Source: a virus. From it: a DNA stretch of 53,360 bases. The notes below the pieces were generated by a model, which worked only from the letters and a program-made list of their open reading frames with translations, was not told the DNA's origin and ran no database searches. The position numbers and the translations under genes are program-made. Each line of letters starts with the position of its first letter. Positions within the stretch are counted from its first letter, which is position 1. The DNA is taken from the IMG/VR virus record IMGVR_UViG_3300048839_001110, positions 1 to 53,360 of that record, one strand, 5' to 3'. Below are positions 1-9,546 of this stretch, piece after piece.

Positions 1-127
1 CGCGGTACTGGGTCTGAAAGGCCGTTTCGGCCATGACAGTTCTCCGATGTTACGGGGTCGGGGGACTGCCTCGTCTCGGGTTGTCCGCATGCCGCGGCCG
101 CGCGGGGTTGCCGCACGCTTGCGCGCA
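1..127. repeat. Terminal overlap copy 1: identical to 53234-53360, so the contig closes into a circle
   Basis: Compared by eye. Both copies read cgcggtactgggtctgaaaggccgtttcggccatgac...ttgccgcacgcttgcgcgca. Bases 1-34 are the 5' end of the capsid gene whose body lies at 52425-53267. Confidence 0.95.
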
Positions 128-241
128 CGGGCCCGGGACTGCGATGGCGGGGCGTCGATCTGGCGGGTGGTGTTGCGCGGCGTTGGAGCGGTGCCGGCGA
201 AGCCGGGTTGACCGCGACGCGCGCGCGGTAGAGAGCGCGGC

Positions 242-1231
242 TTAGGCGGCGCGCGCTTTCATTCTTTCCTGGGCGGAGATCAGGTCGCGGTATTCCGCCT
301 GCACCTTCTCGTCCTTCCAGTATTTGGCGTGTTCGGGCGTGCCCTTCTTGGCGCCCATCCAGCCCTTGAGCTCCTTGATGCGATCGGCGACGCCCTTGGC
401 GGGATCCGCGCCGCCGGCGGGAATAAGCGCCGCGGCCGGATTGAGCTCGCGCGAGAGCTGCGCCATCTGCTTCACGAATTCGGGCGTGTTGCCGAGGATC
501 TGGCCGTCGGCCGTCCGCGCCGTGAGCAGCTGCTCGGCGAGACCCTTCGGCCAGCCCGCGAACATGTTCTGGATCGCGTTGAGGTTGGCGCGGTAATCGG
601 CGCCCTGCCATTCGGTGCGCAGCGCGTCGTCGGACGTCTGCTTGAAAGCGGCGTCGGCCTCGGCCTGCGCGGTCTGCTGCGCCTCGAGGTTCTCGTAATA
701 CCAGCCGACCGCGTCGTTGAATTGCTGCGGCGTCCAGTTCTTCTCGAGCGCCCGCTTGGCGAAGCTCTCTGCGACCGGCTTGTCGGCTTCGCCAAGGACG
801 AGGCCGTCCGGCAGCGCAAGCTTCTCGAGATAGCCTTCCGGCTTGTCAGGAACGCCGTTCTCGGTGCGCCATGCGGCGACCTCCTCGGCGGTCGCGTTGT
901 CCGGCAAGGCGCGCTTGAATTCGCCCGAGGACAGCTTCGCCTCGAGCGCGCGGTAGGACTTGTGATAGGCGCCCTCGTCGGCGAAGCGCTGCAGGCGCGC
1001 GAGCTCCTTGGCATCGCCGCCGGCCATGCGGGTGCGCCAGTCGTCGCCTGCGGCAGGCGCAGCCGCGGGAGCAGGCGCCGGGCTCGGCGTGGCATCCGCG
1101 GCGGGTGCCGGGGATGGAGCCGGGGTCGGCGTCGATGCGGGAGCCGGCGCAGGCGTAGCCGCGGGCGACGCAATGGTCGCGGCAGGTGCAGGAGTCGGGG
1201 ACGGCGCGGGAGCGGGCGTCGGATCAGGCAT
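242..1231 (-). CDS. Candidate scaffolding protein with a Pro/Ala-rich N-terminus
   Basis: 329 aa directly upstream of the capsid gene across the junction. GAGGA RBS before the ATG at 1231. About 60 aa of PAPAPSPTPAP low complexity, then a charged helical region. Function is inferred from position (portal ... scaffold, capsid). Confidence 0.55.
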   Translation of the reverse strand: MPDPTPAPAPSPTPAPAATIASPAATPAPAPASTPTPAPSPAPAADATPSPAPAPAAAPAAGDDWRTRMAGGDAKELARLQRFADEGAYHKSYRALEAKLSSGEFKRALPDNATAEEVAAWRTENGVPDKPEGYLEKLALPDGLVLGEADKPVAESFAKRALEKNWTPQQFNDAVGWYYENLEAQQTAQAEADAAFKQTSDDALRTEWQGADYRANLNAIQNMFAGWPKGLAEQLLTARTADGQILGNTPEFVKQMAQLSRELNPAAALIPAGGADPAKGVADRIKELKGWMGAKKGTPEHAKYWKDEKVQAEYRDLISAQERMKARAA

Positions 1232-1246
1232 CTTGTCCTCACAATG

Positions 1247-1271
1247 AAAAAGCCCGGCGCGATGGCCGGGC
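1247..1271 (-). terminator. Intrinsic terminator-like hairpin upstream of the scaffold gene
   Basis: Minus strand reads GCCCGGC-catcgc-GCCGGGC followed by TTTTTC, just before the scaffold RBS. Confidence 0.55.
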
Positions 1272-1297
1272 GGGAAAGCTTCAGATCAAAACCGCGA

Positions 1298-1582
1298 TCA
1301 GCTCGCGAGCGCGAGGCTCGCCGCGGCATTCTCCTCGGCGCTCTGCTCAAGGAGCTGCTCTACCTGGTCGAAGAACGGGTCGTTCGCCATCAGCGCGCGC
1401 AGATGCAGCACGTCCTCGATCGCGAGAGCGCGTGCGGCGCGCCAGTCGATCGGCAGCACCTCGAGCACGCCGAGCTCCTCATTGAAGCTCTGCACGAACA
1501 GCTTCACCAGCACGTTGCGATCCCGCTCGGCGGCATAGCGGACGGCGGTCAGCGGTCCGGAGAAATAGGTCCGGTAATTCAT
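1298..1582 (-). CDS. Hypothetical protein (head module)
   Basis: 94-aa ORF with high GC3. Its start overlaps the stop of the upstream gene (1579-1582). Confidence 0.6.
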   Translation of the reverse strand: MNYRTYFSGPLTAVRYAAERDRNVLVKLFVQSFNEELGVLEVLPIDWRAARALAIEDVLHLRALMANDPFFDQVEQLLEQSAEENAAASLALAS

Positions 1583-1857
1583 CGGCTCATCCTCGCCGGC
1601 ATCGGCAGCTTGATCTGCTTCACGATCTGTTGGCCGACGAACATCTTGGCGCAGGCGAAATCGGTCTCGCGCGCGCCGTCCTCGCCCGGCCGGAACGGCT
1701 GGTCATAGGTGCCGCACAGCGTCTCGATGATCCATTTCAGCGCGCGCCGCTGCTGGCCCTCGTTGGCGTTGCCCTCATGCAGCGCCTTGATCGCGAGCGT
1801 ATCGGCGTCGGAATAGGGCGCCGGATGCCAGGGCTTAGGCGCGGGCTTCTTGCTCAT
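1579..1857 (-). CDS. Hypothetical protein (head module)
   Basis: 92-aa ORF with 4-nt overlaps on both neighbours. Confidence 0.6.
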   Translation of the reverse strand: MSKKPAPKPWHPAPYSDADTLAIKALHEGNANEGQQRRALKWIIETLCGTYDQPFRPGEDGARETDFACAKMFVGQQIVKQIKLPMPARMSR

Positions 1858-2198
1858 GCGGCCGCGTAGCCCACGACCAGGAAGTAGCGGCTCTGTTCAT
1901 CGCGCGCGATCGCAAGCGCCGCCGGCGACGGCGCGATGCCCAGCGGGATCCGGCGTGGCTTCTCGACATTGGCGCGGTGGCGCGCCCAGGCTGCTGGCGG
2001 CGCGCTCTCGATCTTCACCATCGTCTCCGGCGTGAGAGCCAGATTGGTATCGGAGTCGAGCGGCTCCATGTCCCACCACACGATCGCGTCGTCCGCGCCG
2101 AGTGCGCGGATGGCGGCCTCGCGCGCTACCGGCTCGCCGGAATCGAACGCCGCGATCAGCGCCGCGCTCTCGGCCTGCGGGTCGAACTCCTCGTACAT
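1854..2198 (-). CDS. Hypothetical acidic protein (head module)
   Basis: 114-aa ORF starting 2 nt after the portal stop. Confidence 0.6.
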   Translation of the reverse strand: MYEEFDPQAESAALIAAFDSGEPVAREAAIRALGADDAIVWWDMEPLDSDTNLALTPETMVKIESAPPAAWARHRANVEKPRRIPLGIAPSPAALAIARDEQSRYFLVVGYAAA

Positions 2199-2199
2199 G

Positions 2200-3882
2200 T
2201 CAGCCTCCCTGCCCGGCCGCCTGCAGCGCCTGGCCGGCCTCGCCTGCGGTCTTTGCGGCGACGCCCATTTCCGTCGCGACGCCGGCGCCAGCCGACAAGG
2301 CTTGAGCCGCGGCCATCGCTTCTTTCATCTGTGCGCCCTGGGCGCGGGCCTCGTCGGCCTTTTCCTTCGGCACGATCCAGTCGGAGCGCGCGATGCCCGA
2401 CAGCGCTTCGCGAAGCGCCGCTGACGTATCGAAATCGTATTGCTCGAACTGCGCCATCTCAGCGGCGATCGCGAGCAGCTCGGCCGACTGCTTGAAGGCC
2501 TCTGACTTGATGCGCTCGTTGGCCGCCTGCAGCGGGCTCTCGAACTGCCAGACGATGTCCTGGCCGCGGAGCGCCTGCGGCATGTCCTCGAACGAGCCGA
2601 AGGCGTTCATGTCCATGCAGAGATCGAAGGTCATCTCGCACAGGCCGCCGTTATATTCGGCCTCCATCGGCTCGAAGAGCGGCAGCGCGCGGCGGATATA
2701 TTCCTTCACCCGCTCGGCGGTTTCCGTCGCCGTCATCTTCTCGCCCTGGGCGGTGGCCTCGGGCAGGTTGATGACGTTGAGGAAGAACGCCTCCTGGATC
2801 AGCTGCTCGATCTTCTCCTCGCGGCTCTCGCCCCAGCGCAGGTCGCCTGGCGAATCCATGAGGCGCTCGAGCGCGGCGCCGTTCTTCTCGTCATAGTCAC
2901 GGTCGACCCAGGTGATGCCGCCGGCATAGGTGTTGACGGCGCCCTGCACCGCCTCGAAGGTCGCCTTCATCGGTGGATCGACCGCCTTCTGCCCGGCCTC
3001 GAGCAGCGTCAGCGTCATCTGCTGGAGCAGCCGCGCGTCGGGCAGGGCCACGACCGTCGCCGGCGAATGCGCGTATTGCGAGCCCGGCACCGTCTGCCAG
3101 CGCGGGATGACGTAGGGCACCCGCCGCGCCGGCACTTCCTCGAGGATGGTCTGGTTCTCGACGTCGACCATGATCGACACGAAGGGAAAGCGGCCTCGAT
3201 TGCGCGGCTGCTTGTCGGGCGCCAGGTCGTAGCTGTCGGCCGGGAGCACGATGCGCCGGCACTTGATCTCCTTGTAGGGCTCCTTTTTCACGCAATCGTG
3301 GACCGCCTGCGCCACCGTCTTGAAGCGCTTGGTCAGGTCGATCGCCGTGCGCTTCCAGTCGTGATGCACGGTGTCGACGACGAGCTCGTCGTTCTCGCAC
3401 CAGGCGACGTCGCGCAGGTGCCAGGTCCGGTAGAGAAGCCCGGTCTGGTCGGCGCGCACGTCGATAGAGATCGGCGTCTGGCCGAAGGCGATGAAGTCGT
3501 GGTCGCCCTGCTTGGTCGCGCGCGTGAACTGGCTCTTCTGGTCGTACATGACGCGCCGCATGGTGTCGCCCATGCGGTCGAGGAAGGCGCGCGGGCCGGC
3601 GTCGGTGTTGATCTTCTCCTCGCCGGTGCGCGGATGAAACCAGGCTTGTCCTCGCGGCCGCAGCATCGCGGAGAGCGAATTGCCGAGGTCGCGATGCGCC
3701 AGCACCGGCCGGCCGGTCATCAAATGCGACGCGAATTCCTGGCCCAGCGTGTGCGAGGTCGTGAAGTCGGCGCGGATCGGACAGAAATTCTCTGCCTGCG
3801 TCTGCCACAGCGACAGCAGGGGCCGGCGCTTCTCGAACAGCCGGTCGCCCTGCGCGACCAGCTCCTGCACGCGCGTCTTCAT
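2200..3882 (-). CDS. Portal (head-to-tail connector), podovirus type
   Basis: 560 aa located between terminase and scaffold/capsid. The sequence recalls the T7-type connector family and has an Ala/Gly/Gln-rich C-terminal tail. Family assignment is from memory. Confidence 0.8.
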   Translation of the reverse strand: MKTRVQELVAQGDRLFEKRRPLLSLWQTQAENFCPIRADFTTSHTLGQEFASHLMTGRPVLAHRDLGNSLSAMLRPRGQAWFHPRTGEEKINTDAGPRAFLDRMGDTMRRVMYDQKSQFTRATKQGDHDFIAFGQTPISIDVRADQTGLLYRTWHLRDVAWCENDELVVDTVHHDWKRTAIDLTKRFKTVAQAVHDCVKKEPYKEIKCRRIVLPADSYDLAPDKQPRNRGRFPFVSIMVDVENQTILEEVPARRVPYVIPRWQTVPGSQYAHSPATVVALPDARLLQQMTLTLLEAGQKAVDPPMKATFEAVQGAVNTYAGGITWVDRDYDEKNGAALERLMDSPGDLRWGESREEKIEQLIQEAFFLNVINLPEATAQGEKMTATETAERVKEYIRRALPLFEPMEAEYNGGLCEMTFDLCMDMNAFGSFEDMPQALRGQDIVWQFESPLQAANERIKSEAFKQSAELLAIAAEMAQFEQYDFDTSAALREALSGIARSDWIVPKEKADEARAQGAQMKEAMAAAQALSAGAGVATEMGVAAKTAGEAGQALQAAGQGG

Positions 3883-3895
3883 GGCGGCGCTGCCC

Positions 3896-4111
3896 TCAGA
3901 GCTTCGCCGACGTATAGGTGCGCTCGCGGTCCTCGGGCGCCGTCAGGATGGTGCCGGTGCGGCCGCCGCGGCCCATGATCTGCATCTGCCGGCGGCGCGC
4001 AGCCTCGCGCGCTGCGGCGGAATCGGCATCGGGCATCGGCGCCGGCGGCTTCGGCTCGGGCACCTTGGCCGGTGCCGGCGCTGTGGTCTGTGTCTTGAAC
4101 ATGCTGGCCAT
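3896..4111 (-). CDS. Small hypothetical protein
   Basis: 71-aa ORF, Pro-rich then basic, just upstream of the portal gene. Confidence 0.5.
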   Translation of the reverse strand: MASMFKTQTTAPAPAKVPEPKPPAPMPDADSAAAREAARRRQMQIMGRGGRTGTILTAPEDRERTYTSAKL

Positions 4112-4189
4112 CGGGGACTCTCCTGCATGCTGGGAAATGAAAGCGCGCCGGCATTGGCGCCGGCGCGCGAGGCGCGGGGGAGAGAGGCG

Positions 4190-5017
4190 TCAGCGCAGCT
4201 GGACGGCCTTGACGTAATCGACCTGCAGCGTCTCGGCCGCGGCCGTGGGTCCGGCCTTGACGCCGAACACGAGGTGCATCTCCTCGAGGCCGGTGAGCAC
4301 GATGCCCTGGCCGGTGCCCTTGGCCCAGCCACTGCCGTTGCCGACATCGATAAACGGGTGGATCGTGTCGATGCCGTCGAACCACATGCCGACCTTGGTC
4401 CAGGTGTCGGTCACGGCGGTGGCAAATTCCGACAGGGTGTTCTGCGTGCCGGCATTGCTGGTCTCGAAATTGACCGTCATTGCCGTCTCGGGCGTCTTGA
4501 AGATCAGCGCGCCGTCGTAGGATGCGAGCGGACCGGCCGCGTTCGCCTGCATGCCGCCGGTGGTGAGCGTGTCGGTGAAGCCGAACCACCAGGTGGATTC
4601 GAGCACGGTCGCCTCGGCGAGCTTGAAGCGCGCCTCGAAATACAGCTCCTTGCCGAGCGCGAACTTGAAGTTCTCGGCGACCGAGGACCAGGCCTTGTAG
4701 TCGTTGTCGGCCGCGGCCGTGACCAGGTTGACGACGCCGCCGGCGGCGTCCTGAAACGCGTCGGTCCCCGATGCGCCGTCGGTGCCAACCGTCCAGGCCA
4801 TGAGATCCGACATCGTCGCCGAGGCCGGCTGCAGGAAGTCGTCGAACATCTCGAAGGCGTAGGACGGATCCTTGATGAAGCCCGGCGCCTGGCGGAACGG
4901 GCCGCCATTCTGGCGCGGATTGGTGACTCGCGAGCCTTCGACGATCAACTCGCCGTTCGGGCCGAGCCCAATACGCGAGCCATGCAGGGACGTGAGAATT
5001 TTCGGGGTGCCGACCAT
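4190..5017 (-). CDS. Hypothetical protein, possible ConA-like/jelly-roll fold
   Basis: 275 aa between terL and the portal. Beta-rich pattern (FDDF...W...FEARF...VDYVKAVQLR). The fold call is weak. Confidence 0.6.
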   Translation of the reverse strand: MVGTPKILTSLHGSRIGLGPNGELIVEGSRVTNPRQNGGPFRQAPGFIKDPSYAFEMFDDFLQPASATMSDLMAWTVGTDGASGTDAFQDAAGGVVNLVTAAADNDYKAWSSVAENFKFALGKELYFEARFKLAEATVLESTWWFGFTDTLTTGGMQANAAGPLASYDGALIFKTPETAMTVNFETSNAGTQNTLSEFATAVTDTWTKVGMWFDGIDTIHPFIDVGNGSGWAKGTGQGIVLTGLEEMHLVFGVKAGPTAAAETLQVDYVKAVQLR

Positions 5018-5103
5018 GCGGGTCGCTCCTTTGTGCTGGTGCTGGTGAAAGCCGGGAAGCCGCCCGGCGGCGGATGGCCGGGCTTCACCCGGTCAATTCG
5101 AAT

Positions 5104-6657
5104 TCAGCGGCGTTTCAGATGCGCGTAACCGACATTGGCGCGGGACTGCCGCACGCTGCCGCCATGCAGCAGGCGCTTGATCGCGAGCGAGCCTTCCGAC
5201 AGGCACATCGTCACGGCGTCACCCTTGTCCGGCGATCGGCCGATGCGCTTGCGGATCTCGTCCTTGTCCTCGATCAGGATCCCGTTCGGGGTCAGCTCCC
5301 AGCGATAGGACGCGAGATCCGCCTTGAGCTCCGGGTCGCGCGGCAGCGATATGCCCGAGCCAAGGTCTTGGCCGGGATCGAGCGCCTCGCGGAACCGCCA
5401 GATGCATTCCGCCCGCTTGTTGCGAAACGACAGGTTGCCGGCCTGCGTCTTGGCGGTCGACTTGTCGACGCCGAGGAAGGGCGCGACCGTGATGCCATTG
5501 TCCTTCAGTGCCACGACGGCATCGCCGCCCCAGCCGCCGCCGACGTCGACGATGACGGGGCAATGGTCGCGCCGATGCTGGAAGACCAGGGCGCCGACGG
5601 CGCGGCCGTCCTTGTCGACCTGCTTCTTGGCGATCAGCGGCGCGTACCAGCCGCCATAGCGCCAGCAGAGCACCATCTGGTCGATGCCGCCCGGGGCGAC
5701 GTCGACGGCCATCGCGGTCATCGCGAATTCGGGCGGCCGCTGCGGCGTCCAGCGCTCCATCGCCGCCTCGATCCAGGCGGTCGGAATGACCTGGTAATCG
5801 TCGTCCTTCAGCTCGGCCGAGAAGTTGCCGTCGCGGTAGGCCGCGCGCAGCTCGGGCGGCAGCGCGTCGAGCGAAGCGCGGTAATTGGTGCGAGCGAGAT
5901 CCGGATTGTCGGCGAGCTTCGCAGGAATGAAGGTGCGCGACCGCGCGAAGACCTGCTCGCCATTGACCAGGTGCGGGCCCCTGCCCTCGACCTCGACGTC
6001 CTCGCCATTCGGGCCGGACGTGAACCAGCGCAGCTCGCCGGGCTTCGCCGGCCGCGGGTGCTTGGGATCGAGCCACGGTCCCCAATAGCGCAGCACCCAG
6101 AGCCCTTCCGGCCTGGTCGGCGGGTTGCCGGTGCACACAACGCGGCAGCGCTGGCCTTCCTTGCTCGAGCGATTCCACGCGGTGATGAAGCGGAATTGCG
6201 TCTCGGTGAAATCCGAGATCTCGTCGAAGCCGTACAGGTCCTTGGCGCGGCCCTTGTAGCGCTCCTTGTCCTTCTCGTCCTTGCAGCCGCCGAAGCGGAT
6301 GCGCCGCTTGCCGAGCCGCAGCGTCCAGTTCTGGCCGTTGAAGCGGCCGGCCTGGCCGGCGATCTCGCGGCCGCGCTCGGCGAGCTCCTTGGCGTCGTCG
6401 TTGACGCGCCGCAGGATCAGGCTGTCGAGATGCTCGGTCAGCCCGATGCCGATCAGCAGGTCGGATTTCCCGCCGCCGGCCTGGCCGCCGTAGAAGAGCT
6501 CGTCCGCCTCAGAGAAGAATGCGTCCGTCTGAGGGCCCGGATTGGGCACCCAGGAAAAGCCCGCTGTCGCCGCCTTGCCGTCGCCGATCAGCGCCTCTCG
6601 CTCGCGCGCAGGCACCTTGTCGAGAAGACCGGCGATCTCCTCGAGCAGCGTCGACAT
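5104..6657 (-). CDS. terL: Terminase large subunit
   Basis: 517 aa. Walker A-like YGGQAGGGKS and Walker B-like DLYGFDE, followed by a C-terminal nuclease-like half. Confidence 0.9.
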   Translation of the reverse strand: MSTLLEEIAGLLDKVPAREREALIGDGKAATAGFSWVPNPGPQTDAFFSEADELFYGGQAGGGKSDLLIGIGLTEHLDSLILRRVNDDAKELAERGREIAGQAGRFNGQNWTLRLGKRRIRFGGCKDEKDKERYKGRAKDLYGFDEISDFTETQFRFITAWNRSSKEGQRCRVVCTGNPPTRPEGLWVLRYWGPWLDPKHPRPAKPGELRWFTSGPNGEDVEVEGRGPHLVNGEQVFARSRTFIPAKLADNPDLARTNYRASLDALPPELRAAYRDGNFSAELKDDDYQVIPTAWIEAAMERWTPQRPPEFAMTAMAVDVAPGGIDQMVLCWRYGGWYAPLIAKKQVDKDGRAVGALVFQHRRDHCPVIVDVGGGWGGDAVVALKDNGITVAPFLGVDKSTAKTQAGNLSFRNKRAECIWRFREALDPGQDLGSGISLPRDPELKADLASYRWELTPNGILIEDKDEIRKRIGRSPDKGDAVTMCLSEGSLAIKRLLHGGSVRQSRANVGYAHLKRR

Positions 6658-6689
6658 GCCGGCGGCCGACTATATCTCGGCTTCGACGA

Positions 6690-8729
6690 TCACGCCGAAT
6701 AGCCGATGCCGAAGCCTAACGCGGGCGGCGGATCGGCGGAATTGACGAACAGCCCTTGCCTCGCCCGGATGCGCTGCAGGATGCGGCTCGCATCGCGATA
6801 GGCGTTTTGGTCGCCGGGCGGGAAGGTCACGCCGTCCGTGCCGCGCGGGCCGGCATTGTCGAGAATGTCGTTGAACAGGGCTTCGCGCTGCTCGGGTGTA
6901 TCGACCGGATCGGGCGTGTAGGGGCTGACGAACCCCATCGTCTCCTTGAGCGAGGAGGCCTGCGCATCTTCGGTCAGCTGGACGTCGCTCAGGCTGTATC
7001 TCGTGTCGTTCTCGAAATTGACGCCGTCGGTCTTCCAATTGTCGCGATAACAGCACCACGAGCCGCGGCCGAGCGCGTCGGCGTTGAGCGCGCCCGTCAG
7101 CGCGGTGGAATTGGTGCTCGGCCCCGGCAGCAGGAGATTATTGCGGTGCGCGGCGCGCATGTGCGTGATGCGCTCGGCGCCGCCCTTGTCGTGATTGTCG
7201 TGCGCGACCATCAGTCCCCACGACGACCAGTCGTAGATCAGGTTGTTGTGCGAGTCGGCGCCCCAGCAATCAACGAATTTCGGCGCGCGCTGCGCGATGC
7301 CGCCGATGACCGAATGGTCGATGACAAAATGCACGGCGTTATTACCGACAGGTCCGTAATTGTGATCGCCCTGCAGGTGCCCGCCGGCCCTGAACGCCTC
7401 GGCGAGGATGCAGCGATGCAGGCGGACGGCGAATATCGGCGGCCAGTTCGCGGTCTGGAAAGCGGACATCAGCTCGTCGATCGTGCGCGTCAGCAGGCAG
7501 TGCTCGATCAGGATATACATCCCGCCCTCGACCACGAGGCCGTCGCGGTTCTGGAGGCCGTCGCCAATATCCTCGTCGTCGCCCGGCGCAAAAGTCTGGT
7601 TGATCCAGTGGATGTGGTTGCTGCCCTGGTGCAAATACGGGCCGCCGCGAATGATGACGTTCGGAGAACCGATGATGCGCCGGTTCGAGCAGCGCACATT
7701 CTTGGCCGGCGAGTCGATGAAGCCTTCCAGCGCGGCGGAGAAGGTCACGATCCGCTTGCCGGTGCCGGTGCCGCCGAGCCCGTTGGTATCGCCGGCGAGC
7801 GAGCCGGTGCCGCTGGTATCGAGGTTCTGGACCTCGTAGGGCGTCCCGCCGTCCGGACCGTCGACCACGATCTCCGGATAGGTGATGCTCGGCAGGTTGG
7901 CGAAGTGCCAGGCGAGAACGTCGTCGGTCTTGTCGGCGCCGCGATAGACGGCGAGCATGTCGATGCCGAAATCGTGGCCGTTGGTGCCGCTGCGGCCGCC
8001 GAAGGTCATCGGCGACGTGGTCACCGCCGTGAACGCGCCGGAGCCCACCGTCTCGCTGCCGGAAATCGTCTCGGTGCCGGACGCATTGTGATGCTTCAGC
8101 GTCGCCGAGGGGGTCGCCGCGTCCCAGATTATTTCGATAATCGAGCGTTCCGGGTCGCCTTCGTCCGGTTGCGGAAAGCCGCCAGCCCAGACCTTTGAGT
8201 AATTCACCGATGCGCGCGGCGCCGTGAAGGTGAGTTCGGTCGGGTCGCTGCCGATCGTTAGGCGATAGCCGCCGATGTCGAAGATCGTGCCGTCGCCGGT
8301 GCGGGCGGCGGCGCCGGTCAGATAGAGCGCCATCAGGAAGCGTTGCGGCCGCGTGAGCGAGGAGCTTGACATCGCCATGCCGCGCAATTGCCGGCGCGGA
8401 ATGTTGATGTAGCTGCCCCCCGTGAAGCCGAGCCCGCGGCAGCCGACCGAGTCGTCGATCGCGGTATAGGGGTCGGCGCGACAGCGCAGGATCGTCACCG
8501 TGCCGGTGACGGCGATCTGCTCCGTCAGATACTTGTCGGAAATGCTGTCGATCGCGCGGCCGGCCACCGGCCCCGCACTCTCGTCCGGCGGCGAACCGGA
8601 CCACGCCACGCATTCGGCGAGGTCCCACGGCCGCAGGAAAAACCCGCCGAGAAATTCGGGCCGGAAGCCCGGGTCGTTCGGCGGCGTGTTCTTGAAGGGA
8701 TGGCCTTCGGCGAGCAGCGCGGACGCCAT
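6690..8729 (-). CDS. Tailspike-like polysaccharide depolymerase (LamG-like N-terminal region plus pectate-lyase-like beta-helix)
   Basis: 679 aa. The C-terminal half has pectate-lyase-style motifs (YILIEHCLLTRTIDEL, VIDHSVIGGIAQRAPKF...HNNLIYDW). Confidence 0.7.
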   Translation of the reverse strand: MASALLAEGHPFKNTPPNDPGFRPEFLGGFFLRPWDLAECVAWSGSPPDESAGPVAGRAIDSISDKYLTEQIAVTGTVTILRCRADPYTAIDDSVGCRGLGFTGGSYINIPRRQLRGMAMSSSSLTRPQRFLMALYLTGAAARTGDGTIFDIGGYRLTIGSDPTELTFTAPRASVNYSKVWAGGFPQPDEGDPERSIIEIIWDAATPSATLKHHNASGTETISGSETVGSGAFTAVTTSPMTFGGRSGTNGHDFGIDMLAVYRGADKTDDVLAWHFANLPSITYPEIVVDGPDGGTPYEVQNLDTSGTGSLAGDTNGLGGTGTGKRIVTFSAALEGFIDSPAKNVRCSNRRIIGSPNVIIRGGPYLHQGSNHIHWINQTFAPGDDEDIGDGLQNRDGLVVEGGMYILIEHCLLTRTIDELMSAFQTANWPPIFAVRLHRCILAEAFRAGGHLQGDHNYGPVGNNAVHFVIDHSVIGGIAQRAPKFVDCWGADSHNNLIYDWSSWGLMVAHDNHDKGGAERITHMRAAHRNNLLLPGPSTNSTALTGALNADALGRGSWCCYRDNWKTDGVNFENDTRYSLSDVQLTEDAQASSLKETMGFVSPYTPDPVDTPEQREALFNDILDNAGPRGTDGVTFPPGDQNAYRDASRILQRIRARQGLFVNSADPPPALGFGIGYSA

Positions 8730-8732
8730 GCG

Positions 8733-9539
8733 TCAGCTTCCCGAATACCAGGCGCCCCAGCCTTCGAGCAGCGCTTTTTGCTCGGTTGTCAGGGCAGCCG
8801 TGACCAGGATGCGGGCGATTTTCAGGATGCCGTGCGAGCCCGGCGTCGTGCCGCTCGACACGTCGCAGCCGATGCCGATGCGCGAGCCGGATGTGTTGAA
8901 GCCGGTCGCAGCCGAAGCCGGGTTTGTGTCGGCGCCGTCGATGCGGCCGAAAAAATTGGTACCGCCGGCCACGTAGCGCCCGCCGACAATGTGAATGCCG
9001 TCGAACAGCTTGGACGTATCGGTCAGGCCTGCGCCGGCCGTCGTGCGGCAGACGCGGAAGCGGCTGGCGGTCCCGCCGATCGTGACTTTGGTGAGCTCAC
9101 GCGCGGCGCCGGCGCCGGATGTGCCATAGCCGAAAACGGTGCGCGTGGCGGTATCGAGCGCGCCGGCGCCGCCGTCCTGGCTGACCAGCGCCCACAGCCA
9201 GCCCTCGGCCGTGCCGGTCGGCCATGTGCCGGGTATGCCGGCATTGGTGAAAAAGCGCTGGCTGGTGCCGTTGACGAGATTGACGCAGGGCTTGCCGGCC
9301 AGGCCGAAGCCGTTGGGGGAAAAGACCGGCGAGCCGTTCGGCGCAGGCGCCGCGCCCGTAAGCTCGCAAACCCAGGACGTGACGACGTTGTCGGTCTGCG
9401 CGAGGCCAAGCCCGGCCGGATTGAAATCCCCGACCAGCGCCGAACCGAGAAACGCCTCGGGCGGGAATTCCGCGTAATTGATGTCGCCTCGCCGTCTGCC
9501 GAGCGCGCCGGCGGCCAGCCATTTCTGCAGGTCGCGCAT
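8733..9539 (-). CDS. LamG/ConA-like lectin-fold protein (receptor-binding accessory candidate)
   Basis: 268 aa, Gly/Thr-rich and beta-rich. Ends ...LTTEQKALLEGWGAWYSGS. Its stop lies 3 nt before the depolymerase start. Confidence 0.55.
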   Translation of the reverse strand: MRDLQKWLAAGALGRRRGDINYAEFPPEAFLGSALVGDFNPAGLGLAQTDNVVTSWVCELTGAAPAPNGSPVFSPNGFGLAGKPCVNLVNGTSQRFFTNAGIPGTWPTGTAEGWLWALVSQDGGAGALDTATRTVFGYGTSGAGAARELTKVTIGGTASRFRVCRTTAGAGLTDTSKLFDGIHIVGGRYVAGGTNFFGRIDGADTNPASAATGFNTSGSRIGIGCDVSSGTTPGSHGILKIARILVTAALTTEQKALLEGWGAWYSGS

Positions 9540-9546
9540 CGGCCGG

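Noticed and set aside
1-127. The 127-bp repeat as a biological direct terminal repeat of a T7-like genome.
   Set aside because: The repeat cuts through the capsid coding sequence and its RBS, which is not where T7-type DTRs lie. An exact end overlap of this kind is more simply an assembly signature of a circular or permuted molecule. I cannot exclude a DTR without reads.
329-1708. Long plus-strand ORF (459 aa) antisense to the scaffold gene. Equivalent giants occur at 5074-6702, 6756-8198, 24738-26012, 27090-29378, 30156-31655, 38331-39596, 47919-50570 and 50691-52001.
   Set aside because: All are Arg/Ala/Gly/Pro-rich with no motifs. They lie exactly opposite genes with clear homology or operon logic. 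Stop-poor antisense frames are expected in DNA this GC-rich.
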